The notes beneath the pieces are model-generated. The model saw only the letters and a list, made by a program, of their open reading frames with translations. It was not told the origin of the DNA and ran no database searches. Shown in pieces: positions 14,874-29,402 of a stretch of 64,000 nucleotides of DNA (its first letter is position 1; every line of letters starts with the position of its first letter). The stretch covers positions 43,648,001 through 43,712,000 of the forward strand of contig OZ024754.1 of NCBI GenBank assembly GCA_964016885.1, given 5' to 3'. The translations under genes and the position numbers were made by a program. Source of the stretch: Eledone cirrhosa (lineage: Eukaryota).

Positions 14874-15000
14874 TAATAAAGACTTTTGATGTATTGAAGG
14901 CTTCTTTGGTTTATTTTCATAATATATATATATTTATATATTTATATTTTTTATAATTATATTTATATATATATATATTTCGCGCCAATCAACGATGTGG

Positions 15001-15079
<79 letters not shown>

Positions 15080-15459
15080 AGAGGAAAAGGTGTATATATA
15101 TAATTATATATATATATATAATCTCCACACCATTGATTGATGAGAAATTGAAAAAAACTTAAACCCACGCAGTATATGCATGTGTATATAATGTCACTTT
15201 ACAATCTCATAGTGCACCAACTTAATTTGTATAATTTGAGACAGCGACTAAGGAAACCTGACCCAAGACTTTAAGAAAGAGGTCCGCCATTAAGCGAAAG
15301 CTTGTCAATGTACCTCTTTATTCTCTAGTGAAGCACATTATCATACCTGCTCACAACAACATGGTATTTATTGTAGAAATAGATACCCTACCTCTAGAAA
15401 ACTCTCTCATCTTTCCGGCCGATATTGATCTGTATGGGCTGAATATTAAGCATGTGAAA

Positions 15460-15555
15460 GCGGGTGGCCTGGGGTTGTCATGTTGTTAAATTCATGATTA
15501 TAAGATCGGGAGTTCGATTCCTAGACCGGGGAGTTCGTTATATTCTTGAGCAATA
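15460..15555 (+). mobile_element. SINE family 2, diverged
   Basis: ggtggcctgg...gggagttcgattcctagacc...ttcttgagcaa. Confidence 0.55.
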
Positions 15556-16222
15556 TAATCTTTTTCTTCTAGCAGAAGTTGTAGTGAGCAGGTTGTATCA
15601 ACAATGGAAACATTTCTTATTTGATCCGATCTAACATCCAGCTTATTTGTACCTACGTCGTTTTGGCTTAACATCCAGATGGTGATAGATTTGCATAAAA
15701 GATGACCTATCCAAGAATGAACAAATCAAACTGACACCCAAATACCAAATTCAACTGAGTAGATATAGGGGAAATATTTATAGAAAGTTCCAATCATTTT
15801 CCTTTTTAGTTACCTTGAATGAACCAATAAATACTTTCACATATAGTTATAACCACATGTAGGCATATGAATGCAATCACATGCAAGCATATAAACTCAT
15901 ACACACACACAGAATCACACTGCACACACACACACACACACACACAGATACACATACGCACACGAGGACACATATGTGTACTTAAGAGACATATACACCC
16001 ATTTTATGAGTGCTAATATATGCCCATATACACCTATATGTATACACCTATATGTATACACCGTATTTCATCTAACCCAAATCCTAGGACTTTGTTAGTG
16101 ACCGGCTTGAAATCTGTGAAGAAGTTAATATATATATACACACACACATAATGCATGCTTACATACATGTACATTCATCATTTATTTACATACATATAAA
16201 CACACATATAAGCATACATATA

Positions 16223-16269
<47 letters not shown>

Positions 16270-16324
16270 GTCCAGAATTAGCCGTCGAAACGGCTTGAGC
16301 TCAGCCGTCAGGGTCTTACTTGTT

Positions 16325-16328
<4 letters not shown>
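16270..16328 (+). mobile_element. Family A short arm alone in (TA)n
   Basis: gtccagaattagccgtcgaaacggcttgagctcagccgtcagggtcttacttgttcctat. Confidence 0.8.
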
Positions 16329-16367
<39 letters not shown>

Positions 16368-16482
16368 ATACTTTGGAGGGTCATGTTGCCAAAAAGCAAC
16401 ATGACCAGTTGTTTTCACTTAAATTTATTATAAACTTCCGTTTGGTTGGTTGGTTCTATAACCGGATGGTTGTTCATATATT

Positions 16483-16525
16483 GTCAAAGTTCTTTCGTCA
16501 CACATTCTGTGACCTCTTCAGTGAC
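16483..16525 (-). ncRNA. Minimal hammerhead motif (family E) in TA-flanked element 16362-16597
   Basis: Minus strand: GTCA-CTGAAGA-G-GTCAC(AGAATGT)GTGAC-GAAA-GAAC-TT-TGAC. Confidence 0.7.
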
Positions 16526-16594
16526 TGGGGATTATTTTATTTATTTATTTTGTGCCTCTCCTTTGTTCTGTTTTCGTGTTTTCGTGTTTTCGTG

Positions 16595-16645
<51 letters not shown>

Positions 16646-17302
16646 TGGACATATACATATATACATATAGAAACACACATACAACATACACACACTAACA
16701 TACCCACACTCACATGCAATACACCTAGCTACACACATATATACACACATCTAAACATACAAAGACACAGAGAAAAATAACTCAATTTTAATCAAGCAAC
16801 TCAATAAAAAAATATCTTTTGAAATAGAATCCACCATTTTGCGTATTGAGTTCCGGTTTTTATTGTCTCATTAGCCGTAATCCGGGAGGATCTGATATTT
16901 TATAGCCCCTTATGTCAAACATAAACACACTTTCTTTTAACACACCTTTTCATTGGATTTTCATCGTTTTTCCTCTATATGTGTCTGTTTATCTGTGTGT
17001 GTGAGTGTGTGTGTGTCGGGGTGTATATATATGTGTGTGTGTGTGTCGGTACGAAGCTAAAAGAATATGTCTGTATGTAAGTAAAAGAGTGTGAGCAAAT
17101 GTGCGTGTATACAAGAGAGTGTATATATACACAAACATTTATATATACAGAATTATACATTATGTATATATATACATTATATATATATATAACTATACAT
17201 TATATATACATTATATATATATATATTAATACATTATATATATATACCTTATATATATATAATTATACATTATATATATATATATGATTAAATATTATAT
17301 AT

Positions 17303-17361
<59 letters not shown>

Positions 17362-17388
17362 ATATATATATATAATTATACATTATAT

Positions 17389-17423
<35 letters not shown>

Positions 17424-17628
17424 CTATATATTATGTCCTTAGAATCATTTGATAAGATATATACTCAATTTCCTCTCCAAATTAACATAATCAAGCACAC
17501 AAAAAAGCAATTAAACGAGGCTATAAGATTAAAAGGCACCTGTGAGGAAATAATAGATAAATAAACGATAGCCATTTATTCGCGATCAACAGCCATAGAA
17601 TATTTACCCATCATTTCAATAGCACGTG

Positions 17629-17685
<57 letters not shown>

Positions 17686-17717
17686 ATATATATGTGTGTA
17701 TGTGTGTGTTTGTGTCC

Positions 17718-17762
<45 letters not shown>

Positions 17763-17773
17763 CTGTTTGTGTC

Positions 17774-17839
<66 letters not shown>

Positions 17840-17859
17840 ATGTGTGTGTGTGTTTGTGT

Positions 17860-17904
<45 letters not shown>

Positions 17905-17939
17905 TTAATAAATGGAAACTATATTTATAAAACCATATT

Positions 17940-18004
17940 TATTTCATTATACATATTTCAAGGATACCTAGTTAAATCATGGTATGCCTTCATCAGACAA
18001 AATA
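17940..18004 (-). ncRNA. Type I hammerhead motif (family D copy, element 17902-18050)
   Basis: Minus strand: TATTTTGT-CTGATGA-AGGCATACC...GGTATCCTT-GAAA-TATGTA-TA-ATGAAATA. Confidence 0.78.
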
Positions 18005-18525
18005 CAATATATAACAGTTTTACAAATAGATAATTGACATACCCTTTCAAAAAGGTGACCGTTGTTTTTGGAGGCCATCCGGATAGTGGTTTGTTTACTT
18101 TAGTAAGTCATAGTGTTAAGAGTAAGTAAAAAGATGGAGAGAGAGTGAGAGAGAGAGAAACGTGGAGATTAAGAAAAAGAAGAAAGCATATATATATATA
18201 TATGTATGTGTGTGTCTGTTTGTGTCCCATTTTTTATTGTTATGTTCTCTTTCTGTCACACTATAGGAATGTTAAAGTAGGAAATAGTGGAGGTACTGAA
18301 AGAGGAAAGAGGGAAAGTGAGAGAGAAGAGCGATGGGCAGAAGAAATATATAATTCAAAAATTGAAATGGAGAAATTAGAGAGGTGACGTGATGAAATAA
18401 CAAAGATATAGAGTGAACTGGTATCAGAGAAAATAGAAAAGAAACAGACATAATGACTGAAATTTGTTTATATCGTGTATATTAAATTAAGTGAGGAATA
18501 AAGTAGTTGGGAGTAAAATAGCCTG

Positions 18526-18659
<134 letters not shown>

Positions 18660-18774
18660 CACTTAAAAATAAATGCGACACATAAATATTTACGACATTT
18701 TAAGGTGATAGACATCTATACATACAAATCATATGTCTATATATATATCTATATAATATATATGTACATATATG

Positions 18775-18955
<181 letters not shown>

Positions 18956-18960
18956 ATATA

Positions 18961-19046
<86 letters not shown>

Positions 19047-19184
19047 TATATATATATGCATATATATATATATATATATGCATATATAGATGTATATATA
19101 TATATGTGTGTATAAGTATATATATATATATATGTATATGTATATATATACACATACATACATATGTATATAGAAACATATACC

Positions 19185-19254
<70 letters not shown>

Positions 19255-19348
19255 CGATATCGCTAAATTTATTGAAATGTTTTCTATGTATAGTGAACAT
19301 AAGTAACGTATAAATGCGCGCGTGTTTATGTATATATATATGTGCGTG

Positions 19349-19409
<61 letters not shown>

Positions 19410-19748
19410 CTGTGTACGTATATGTATATATATGCATGTGTGTGTGTGTACGTATATATATGTGTGTGTATGTGTGTGTAGGAAAAGCATGTTTAACCAT
19501 ATGAGTAAGAATATGATTGACATATTTCTGACTTGGGGTCTGTAGAACATGTCTGGGGAATTCCCCTCCCCCCGCCCCAGTCGTGTTAGGAAAAGACCCC
19601 CCATTTAGAATCTGAATTCGCACAAAACCACACGTGTGTTTATATCATATTATCATATTTATTTTGTCAACGTATGCACCATTTCAACCAGTGTTCATAA
19701 TGTATGTATGTATATATATGCATATTCATATGTATGTGTATATGAGTG

Positions 19749-19787
<39 letters not shown>

Positions 19788-19870
19788 ATTAGTACAGATA
19801 TGTATGTATATATATGTATATTAATATATATGTATATATGAGTATATATATATATATGTTTGCATGTATG

Positions 19871-19975
<105 letters not shown>

Positions 19976-19982
19976 ACATATA

Positions 19983-20014
<32 letters not shown>

Positions 20015-20210
20015 TATATATAGATATATTTATATATATATATATATATAATGGAACAGGTAAAAGAGTATTTAATATATATTATACACATACACACACA
20101 TATATATATATACACGCATACAGATATACAGGTATATACTTTTTACTAGATTCGTTCATTTATCTGGGACCTTCTTTCTGTTTCTCCATGTGACCCTGTC
20201 TCTATTTGTA

Positions 20211-20243
20211 CCGCTGAAGAAGGGCTAAGCCCGACACGTCGAA
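20211..20243 (+). ncRNA. Degenerate hammerhead (family C)
   Basis: CTGAAGA-AGGGC(TAA)GCCC-GACA-CGTC; GAAA is mutated to GACA. Confidence 0.45.
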
Positions 20244-20387
20244 CTTTCTTTCATCTTTCCAATATAAAGCGCGAAACTAAGACATTTTGTACCTCAATCT
20301 GTTGTCTCCTTGAACCATACATATATACGTATATACACACACACACACAAACACACATATATATGCATATATATGTGTGTGTGCGTG

Positions 20388-20504
20388 TATAGTCTATCAA
20401 AGTTCTTTCGTCACACATCTGTGACATCATCACATCATCAGTGGTACTATTATGTTTCCTCCTGTTGTATTGTAATTTCTACGCCGTGACGAAAGAACTT
20501 TGAT

Positions 20505-20512
<8 letters not shown>
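20388..20512. mobile_element. Family E element with 27-bp inverted ends and a disrupted hammerhead on the minus strand
   Basis: tatagtctatcaaagttctttcgtcac ... gtgacgaaagaactttgatagactata; minus strand CTGATGATGTGATGATGTCACAGATGTGTGACGAAAG. Confidence 0.7.
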
Positions 20513-20553
<41 letters not shown>

Positions 20554-20563
20554 TATATATATA

Positions 20564-20957
20564 CGAGGGTAATCCCAAAAGTAAGGTCTCCAAAGCGATA
20601 GGGACGCAGAGAAACTGTTCGTACGGCTGTTGGCAACACTGTTGTGATTGGGGCTCCCTTCACTCCCAAACAAGCATGCGCGCGCTTCGCTGGGATGCTC
20701 AATCTTGGCTTGGCAGCCGTTGAGAATGGAGCTCCCGTTGAACGCTACCGCCAAGTGCGAATTTCGCGCAGTTATTATATTGGAGGTCAATCCCAAAAGT
20801 AAGGTCTCCTTCCGAGGAAAACATGCGTAAAGATCGGCGGATCACTCTGGATGTTCTCTGCATTTTGGTTCCTGAGGTTTCCCGAAGCACCATCCACAGG
20901 ATTTTAACGGATAAGTTGCAATATCGGAAGGAGACCTTACTTTCGGGATTGCCCTCG
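20564..20957 (+). mobile_element. Internally deleted mariner (Tc1/mariner) transposon
   Basis: TIRs CGAGGGTAATCCCAAAAGTAAGGTCTCC / GGAGACCTTACTTTCGGGATTGCCCTCG with TA flanks; transposase remnants [17 protein letters not shown] and [33 protein letters not shown] (HTH region). Confidence 0.88.
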
Positions 20958-20982
20958 TATATATATATATATATATATCATG

Positions 20983-21024
<42 letters not shown>

Positions 21025-21027
21025 ATG

Positions 21028-21072
<45 letters not shown>

Positions 21073-21074
21073 TG

Positions 21075-21105
<31 letters not shown>

Positions 21106-21109
21106 CATG

Positions 21110-21140
<31 letters not shown>

Positions 21141-21173
21141 CATGCACACATATATATATATATATATATCATG

Positions 21174-21234
<61 letters not shown>

Positions 21235-21600
21235 TGCACACATATTTCCAGGACTACTTTGCAACAGAAAGAACAACAAATTTGCAGACGACAACTCATG
21301 GAAATTGGCGGAAAACTAAGGAAAACGTATAAATATCTTCTATCCTCAATATTATGTAACTAAATAAACCTTTTGTGCTACAGACACCAGCGCCATATTG
21401 TCTGTATGTAATCTTTCTAGTACACACGTCTCCATACATATATTTGCATATATATACATATATTTAATATTGATACACCAAGATACCTATATGATTATAA
21501 ATTAGCGACACTCGTGTACGGCATAAACGTAAATTTATGGTTATATATGCATATTATATACACACACACTCACACACACACTCACACACACACACACACG

Positions 21601-21658
<58 letters not shown>

Positions 21659-21681
21659 TTTATATACACACATACACACAG

Positions 21682-21716
<35 letters not shown>

Positions 21717-21741
21717 AATAAATATACACACACACACTCGT

Positions 21742-21788
<47 letters not shown>

Positions 21789-21939
21789 CGCACACACACA
21801 TATATATATATACATATATATATGTGTATATATACATATATACATACATATATATATATATATGTGTATATATATATATTTATGTTTACCTATGTAAGTT
21901 TATCTTGGAGTAATAATATTGAAAAAGTGAAGAATAAGA

Positions 21940-22260
21940 TGGTCTTGGAGGGAACACCCAACAAATAAGGATCTCTATGGCAATATACCACCTATCAGCT
22001 GGTCAATACGTGGACAGAGACTCAGATTTGCTGGCCACTGTTGGCGCAGCAAGGAAGAAATAGCAGGTGATGTGTTGTTATGGAGTCCATCTCATGGAGC
22101 AAGAAACGCTGGTCGTCCCAAGAAGACATACGTCAAGCAACTTGAGGACGATACTGGATGCACTGTGGAAGAACTGGCAAACGCTATGAGAGACAGAGAT
22201 GGATGGGGGGAAACGTGTCGTTGAAAGCCGAGCAAGCTCGACCTGAAGATGATGATGATA
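21940..22260 (+). mobile_element. RTE-clade LINE 3' end, 5'-truncated
   Basis: SWREHPTNKDLYGNIPPIS..IRGQRLRFAGHCWRSKEEIAGDVLLWSPSHGARNAGRPKKTYVKQLEDDTG..AMRDRDGW; (GAT)n tail. Confidence 0.88.
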
Positions 22261-22273
22261 TATATATATATAT

Positions 22274-22485
22274 ATATTAATTCAAAATATTCAAAATATT
22301 AACCAAAATAGACATTCGTGAGATCAAGTATATTTTATTATAAAATATACTTGATCTCACGAATGTCTATTTTTGTTAATATTTTGAATTAATATTAATA
22401 ACTCTGGAGAACTATTGCTGTGGAGTGCTTCCAATCTATTGTAAAACTGATTCTTTGATTTATTCATTGAACCTTGTTTAACCTT

Positions 22486-22489
<4 letters not shown>
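22274..22489 (+). mobile_element. Family B element with palindromic 5' end (apex 22339)
   Basis: Arms 22290-22338 and 22340-22388; tail homologous to 22842-22990 (minus) and 53158-53210; (TA)n flanks. Confidence 0.82.
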
Positions 22490-22525
<36 letters not shown>

Positions 22526-22583
22526 ATGTTGATTTAAAACTGCACTATCCACAAGTGTTTTTAACCTTCATATCATGTCTTCC

Positions 22584-22654
22584 TATTTTATCTGATGAAA
22601 ACACAAATGTTATTGCATGATGATATTTGTTTTTGAAATGCGCATAATAAAATA
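22584..22654 (+). ncRNA. Type I hammerhead ribozyme motif with intact core
   Basis: TATTTTAT-CTGATGA-long stem II (AAACACAAATGTTATT..GATGATATTTGTTTTT)-GAAA-TGCGCA-TA-ATAAAATA; 8-bp stem I and palindromic stem III. Confidence 0.85.
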
Positions 22655-22684
22655 CATGGAACTCTTTTAACCATCTTTTTATCT

Positions 22685-22715
<31 letters not shown>

Positions 22716-22789
22716 TATTATTATTATTATTATTATTTATTATTTATGTTCATACACAGAACCAAAACGCTACCTAAGGTTTCAAGGCC

Positions 22790-22841
<52 letters not shown>

Positions 22842-22845
<4 letters not shown>

Positions 22846-23131
22846 GAGTTAAACAAGATTCAATGAGTACATCAAAGAATGAGTTTTACAGTAGATTGGA
22901 AGCACTCTACAGAAAATAATTTTCCAGAGTTATTAATATTAAAATATAAATATTAATAAAATAGATGTTCTTTTGATCAATTAAATGTTATTATACATAT
23001 TTCAGAGGTACAACAGTACGTCCTAATCAGTATGTAATGATACATGACATACCCTGAGATGTTAAATGGTTAAGATTTAATCAAGGTTGTGGTCCTGTGG
23101 ACCACTACCTTGATTAAATCTTAACCATTTA
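22842..23131 (-). mobile_element. Family B longer copy with degenerate hammerhead and 5' palindrome 23063-23131
   Basis: Minus strand CTGATTA-GGACGTAC..GTACCTCT-GAAA-TATGTA-TA; 33-bp inverted arms at the 5' end. Confidence 0.75.
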
Positions 23132-23159
23132 CGGTGGAGGAGGAGTGTAGTGTAAACTA

Positions 23160-23310
23160 AATACGGCAACGAAATACAGCATGACGTAGTACACGGATTA
23201 CCGAAATATAGTATGATGTAGTACACGCGGTAACGAAATACAGCGTGACGTAGTACATAGATTAGCGAAATATAGTATGATGTACACACAGTAACGAAAT
23301 ACAGCATGGT
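23160..23310. repeat. About 22/43-bp minisatellite (acgaaatacagcatgacgtagtacac)
   Basis: Three to four imperfect units. Confidence 0.7.
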
Positions 23311-23608
23311 ATAGTAAGGCCCAAAACGACATTAATCAAAGAGTATTTAAGACGTTATTTAAACAAAGACTACGACGATCTATGAGAGATTTGTATGTGG
23401 AATAAATACATAGATATATATCAAACTGGAGATATAGTTTGTTTACAAGTATAGTGACAGATAAAATCTATAGTTTTGCCCTCTAATATATTATAACACC
23501 AAACAGCCATAGATAACACAGTGATTTATTTAATCAAATTAACTGCTAAGAAAAAGAAGGAATTAAATTTTGTTGAAATCAAAGTATCTAGTTTAATAAA
23601 GAGTCTAA

Positions 23609-23833
23609 TAATTATTTCTGAATTAAGCACAAGGTCAGCAAATTAGGGAAAGCGTGGGGGGGGGGGGTCGATTATATCGAGGTTAGTACTTGATTGGTAC
23701 TTTATTTTATGGAGTCTGGAAAGACGAAAGGCAAAGTTGAGCTTGGCTGGATTTGAACTCTGAAATAAAGAGCTGGAGCAAATACTGCAAAGCATTTGTC
23801 CGGTGGTCAAACGATTCTGTTAATCCACCGCCC
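23609..23833 (-). mobile_element. SINE family 1
   Basis: ggtactttattttat...aaaggcaaagttgagcttggctggatttgaactc...aatccaccgcc. Confidence 0.75.
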
Positions 23834-23990
23834 ATTCAAGCTGTGATCAGTGGAGGGTATGGTAATCGGTGGCTCATAAGAAGGTTTAAAACTATACACC
23901 AGCTAATCCCTCTTTTTTTCTGCTCACAATCAAATTGCATAAACGAAAGAGCAGAGTTTACGACTAATATAGTATAGATCCAATTGTATG

Positions 23991-24077
<87 letters not shown>

Positions 24078-24078
24078 T

Positions 24079-24141
<63 letters not shown>

Positions 24142-24143
<2 letters not shown>

Positions 24144-24226
24144 CGCTTGATATAGCAAGAAGAGGGTCTTGACGTTTTGGAAGCTAGTCCTTCGTGAGAA
24201 GAAAGAATGAGAAATAAGATAGATTG
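24142..24226 (-). mobile_element. Family C fragment with decayed hammerhead
   Basis: Minus strand TCTT-CTCACGA-AGGA..TCC-AAAA-CGTC-AAGA; tail matches 14620-14660; TA flanks. Confidence 0.55.
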
Positions 24227-24285
<59 letters not shown>

Positions 24286-25131
24286 TAGTATCGTAGAGTT
24301 CAGGACTTGAACTAAACTCAAATAGGTGGCGTATTATCTCTTAATGTCCTGTACCACATGAAACCACATTAACAACACGTTCTTAAAAAAATATAACACA
24401 GCGCAATGACTGAACGACATTTAATATTAAAGTACCAGTAATACACTGAATAATTGCTGGCCTTGTGCCAAAAGTAGAAACAAATATTAACTAATATTAA
24501 CGTATTTAGTCTAATATTGCAAATCTTCACAAGAATCTGGCCGCGAGTAAAGATACTATAAACATGTAAATTCACAAACTAGTTTTTAGATATTTTCTGT
24601 TGAATTATTATGACAGGATGTTAAGAGTTAACCACATAACATATCTTATTAATGTGGTAGTGGTCGTCGAGGTTAACTTACTACCCAAATATTTTGACCT
24701 TGGGTTATTAACCATCTTAAACGCCTATTAAAAGAATAAAAGCTTGTTCACTTTCTGCAAGGAATCGTTTAGTAAAACATTAGCCTCGTTTAGAAATTCT
24801 AGTTTTGTTGGTTTGTTGTTTGTTTTGTGTTTGTTTAATGCCTGAATATATAGAAGATATGGCTTAGAGACAACACCTCATCTGTCTGAAAGGACCACAC
24901 ACGGATATACATACATATACATACATACAGACATACGCACATATACAGACATACACACTGGCATACACACAGAGGCATACACATACACACACACATGCAT
25001 AGATGGAGGTTTATATGTGTGCGAGTGTATGTGTATGTATGTGTGTATATATGTATTTTTGTGCATGCGTGTATGGGTATACATATGTACGAATCAATAT
25101 GGGTGCATTTATATGTATGCATATATAAACA

Positions 25132-25234
<103 letters not shown>

Positions 25235-25243
25235 TATGTATAT

Positions 25244-25321
<78 letters not shown>

Positions 25322-25323
25322 AC

Positions 25324-25418
<95 letters not shown>

Positions 25419-25428
25419 TGTGTGTGTG

Positions 25429-25538
<110 letters not shown>

Positions 25539-25555
25539 TGTGTGTGTGTATATAC

Positions 25556-25607
<52 letters not shown>

Positions 25608-25861
25608 TATTTTTCTGTACATGAAAGCAAATTTACTTTTAACTCCCTCAGCGTCGTCTACACCGGATATAGATATTCAATGCTACAAAACGGATGCGTC
25701 TTATACGCCGAAACATACGGTGTGTTCCTATAATGTTGTTCATGGCTTCCAAGACAAAAATAAAGAGTTCAATACATTAGTGAGTAAAGTCTATGTTCCA
25801 TATATATATACATATATATATATATATATGTATATATATGTATATATATGTATATATATAC

Positions 25862-25892
<31 letters not shown>

Positions 25893-26161
25893 GGATATAT
25901 ATATGCATATATATATATATGTTTATATATATATATATATGCATATATATACGCATATATATATATATGTTTATATGCATATACATATATGTATATATGT
26001 GTATATACGTGTGTGTCTGTATATGTGTGTATATATATTATATATATGTATATATGCATGTGTGTGTGTGTGTCTATTTTTAGAAACGTTGAGCGAATGA
26101 TGAATTGTAAATACAAAGTTAACTTCGAGATAACAGTTTCAACGCAGGATTGGCATGTATG

Positions 26162-26271
<110 letters not shown>

Positions 26272-26665
26272 CATATATTTGTACGTCTTTATGTAAATAT
26301 ATATATGTATAAACATATGTATATGTATATATACATATGTATAGTTCTATGTATATATATATATACATATATATACGCAAATATCACAGAGTGGTATGTG
26401 TATATAATACAAGAAAACAACATTGTTATTTAAAGCAAATTTCTCTACATTCCTTTTAACCATCGACTATGTTTGTATACAATTACTTGCATATACGCAT
26501 GTATATATATTTACACGTTCATAACATATACATACAGATGTATATACTCGTGTGTTTACGCATATATGTAGCTGCATTTATATGTATGCATATATAAACA
26601 ATATATATATATATATATATACATATATATACATATATATATATATATGTGTGTATGTGTGTGTA

Positions 26666-26696
<31 letters not shown>

Positions 26697-26864
26697 ATGT
26701 ATGTATGTATGTATGTATGTATGTATGTATGTATGTATGTAGATATGTATGTGTGTATATATATATATATGCGTGTCTGTGTGTGTAACATTTGTAGAAG
26801 TACGGAACAGCTTTCCTTTCAAACATGTTATCTTGGAAAACACGACTGTGTTTCAGTTTCATTA

Positions 26865-26930
26865 TGGGTTGTTATTTCTCTGAGGAACTGGAATCATATG
26901 ATTACAGTTCCTCAGAGAAATAACAACCCA
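26865..26930. repeat. 66-bp palindrome at the 5' end of a hammerhead element (family F)
   Basis: tgggttgttatttctctgaggaactggaatcat|atgattacagttcctcagagaaataacaaccca, one mismatch. Confidence 0.85.
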
Positions 26931-27012
26931 ACTAGGAGCTGGGCATATCGGAGTATTGACGGAGTAAAACACTTCAACAACATGTGTACCTGTCTCTACC
27001 ACACCAATTCGG

Positions 27013-27067
27013 ACTGCCTGAAGAGGTCACAGCCAAGGATGGCTGTCACTGAAATATATATAGCAGT
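27013..27067 (+). ncRNA. Type I hammerhead ribozyme motif (family F) with intact core
   Basis: ACTGC-CTGAAGA-GGTCACAGCCA(AGGA)TGGCTGTCACT-GAAA-TATATA-TA-GCAGT; AATAAA about 17 nt downstream. Confidence 0.85.
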
Positions 27068-27219
27068 ACAGCAGTACATCTTTAATAAACGAAGCCAAAT
27101 TTTAAATATTTGACTTAATTATTTTATATTACTCCGGAGTAACCAAACCAACCTGCGTACGTCGCCGAGTGGTCCAATCTGCATACTGAGGCGTCTCGGT
27201 AAACAACCAACATATACTA

Positions 27220-27910
<691 letters not shown>

Positions 27911-28184
27911 ATATCACTGTTAGTTAATGTTATGGTATGTTTGTTTGTATTTACAATACAAATGTATCTGTGTGCATGCGGGCGTATGCATTTGTGTAGA
28001 GATAATTATCCTTGCTACTCAAGTTCTAATGAAAATGAATGAGCGCAGACATGTAAGCCGCCATTTTTGGTTTGAAAACATCGGTTTTAACTGTTAGGTA
28101 AACAACACAATAGCTATAGACTAAACACTGCTTGTGAAGGAAAACAACGCAAACAGCCACGGCGTCAACATTAACAACAAACAT

Positions 28185-28312
28185 TGCCACCATCGTCATC
28201 ATCGTCATCGTCATCATCGTCATCGTCATCATCATCGGCAACGTCGTCATAATCGTCATCATCGTCATCATCGCCATCGGCATCATCGTCAACTTCGTCA
28301 CCATTCAATTGC

Positions 28313-28346
<34 letters not shown>

Positions 28347-28600
28347 GTTATTATCACCATCGTGACCACTCCGTTGCCATCATCACCCTCATCACCATCG
28401 CCATCACCCTCCATCGTTATTATCACGATCGTCATCATCACTATCGCCATCGTCACCATTATCATCATCGCTATTATGACCATCACCATCATCACCATCG
28501 CCACCATCACCATCATCACAATTTCCATCATCACCACCACCATAATCACCATCGTCACCATTATAGTGATGATTATAGTGATGATTCGTGATGATGATGA
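28185..28600. repeat. (CAT/CGT/CAC)n compound trinucleotide repeat
   Basis: Direct inspection; source of the His/Ile-rich pseudo-ORF. Confidence 0.9.
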
Positions 28601-28631
28601 TTACACACTTACACACACTCGCACAACACTC

Positions 28632-28713
<82 letters not shown>

Positions 28714-28749
28714 ACACACACTTACACACTCGCACAACACTCACACACA

Positions 28750-28788
<39 letters not shown>

Positions 28789-29185
28789 ACACACACTCAC
28801 ACACACACACACAACATACACCAAACATGAGTGAAAGCTGGTGCCAACATTTTTTAAACACTCGCGACAAAACAATCAAAAAACTTCCAATATGTCTCCG
28901 AGATTTACTCTCATATTCGGCCATAATTTCTCACGATTCTTTTCATTTCTACATGTTGTTATATTATTTTATTGTGTGAATATATTCCGTTTTTTTTATT
29001 ATTTCAATATGTTATTTACAGAGATTGGACAAATAACTATTATATAACGATATCTATACAGTTTAACATGTATTGTAACTGATAAACTAAAATGCTAGAA
29101 TGATATCTGATAAATTATAAATGGAAATTAGAGTAGTAAATATATTTCCTATAAGGCCGGCCAGACTTTCAAAATACCGTGTGTG

Positions 29186-29226
<41 letters not shown>

Positions 29227-29228
29227 CA

Positions 29229-29267
<39 letters not shown>

Positions 29268-29269
29268 CA

Positions 29270-29314
<45 letters not shown>

Positions 29315-29316
29315 CA

Positions 29317-29402
<86 letters not shown>

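Noticed and set aside
28134-28979. 281-aa His/Ile/Thr-rich ORF
   Set aside because: Composed of (CAT)n and (CA)n repeats
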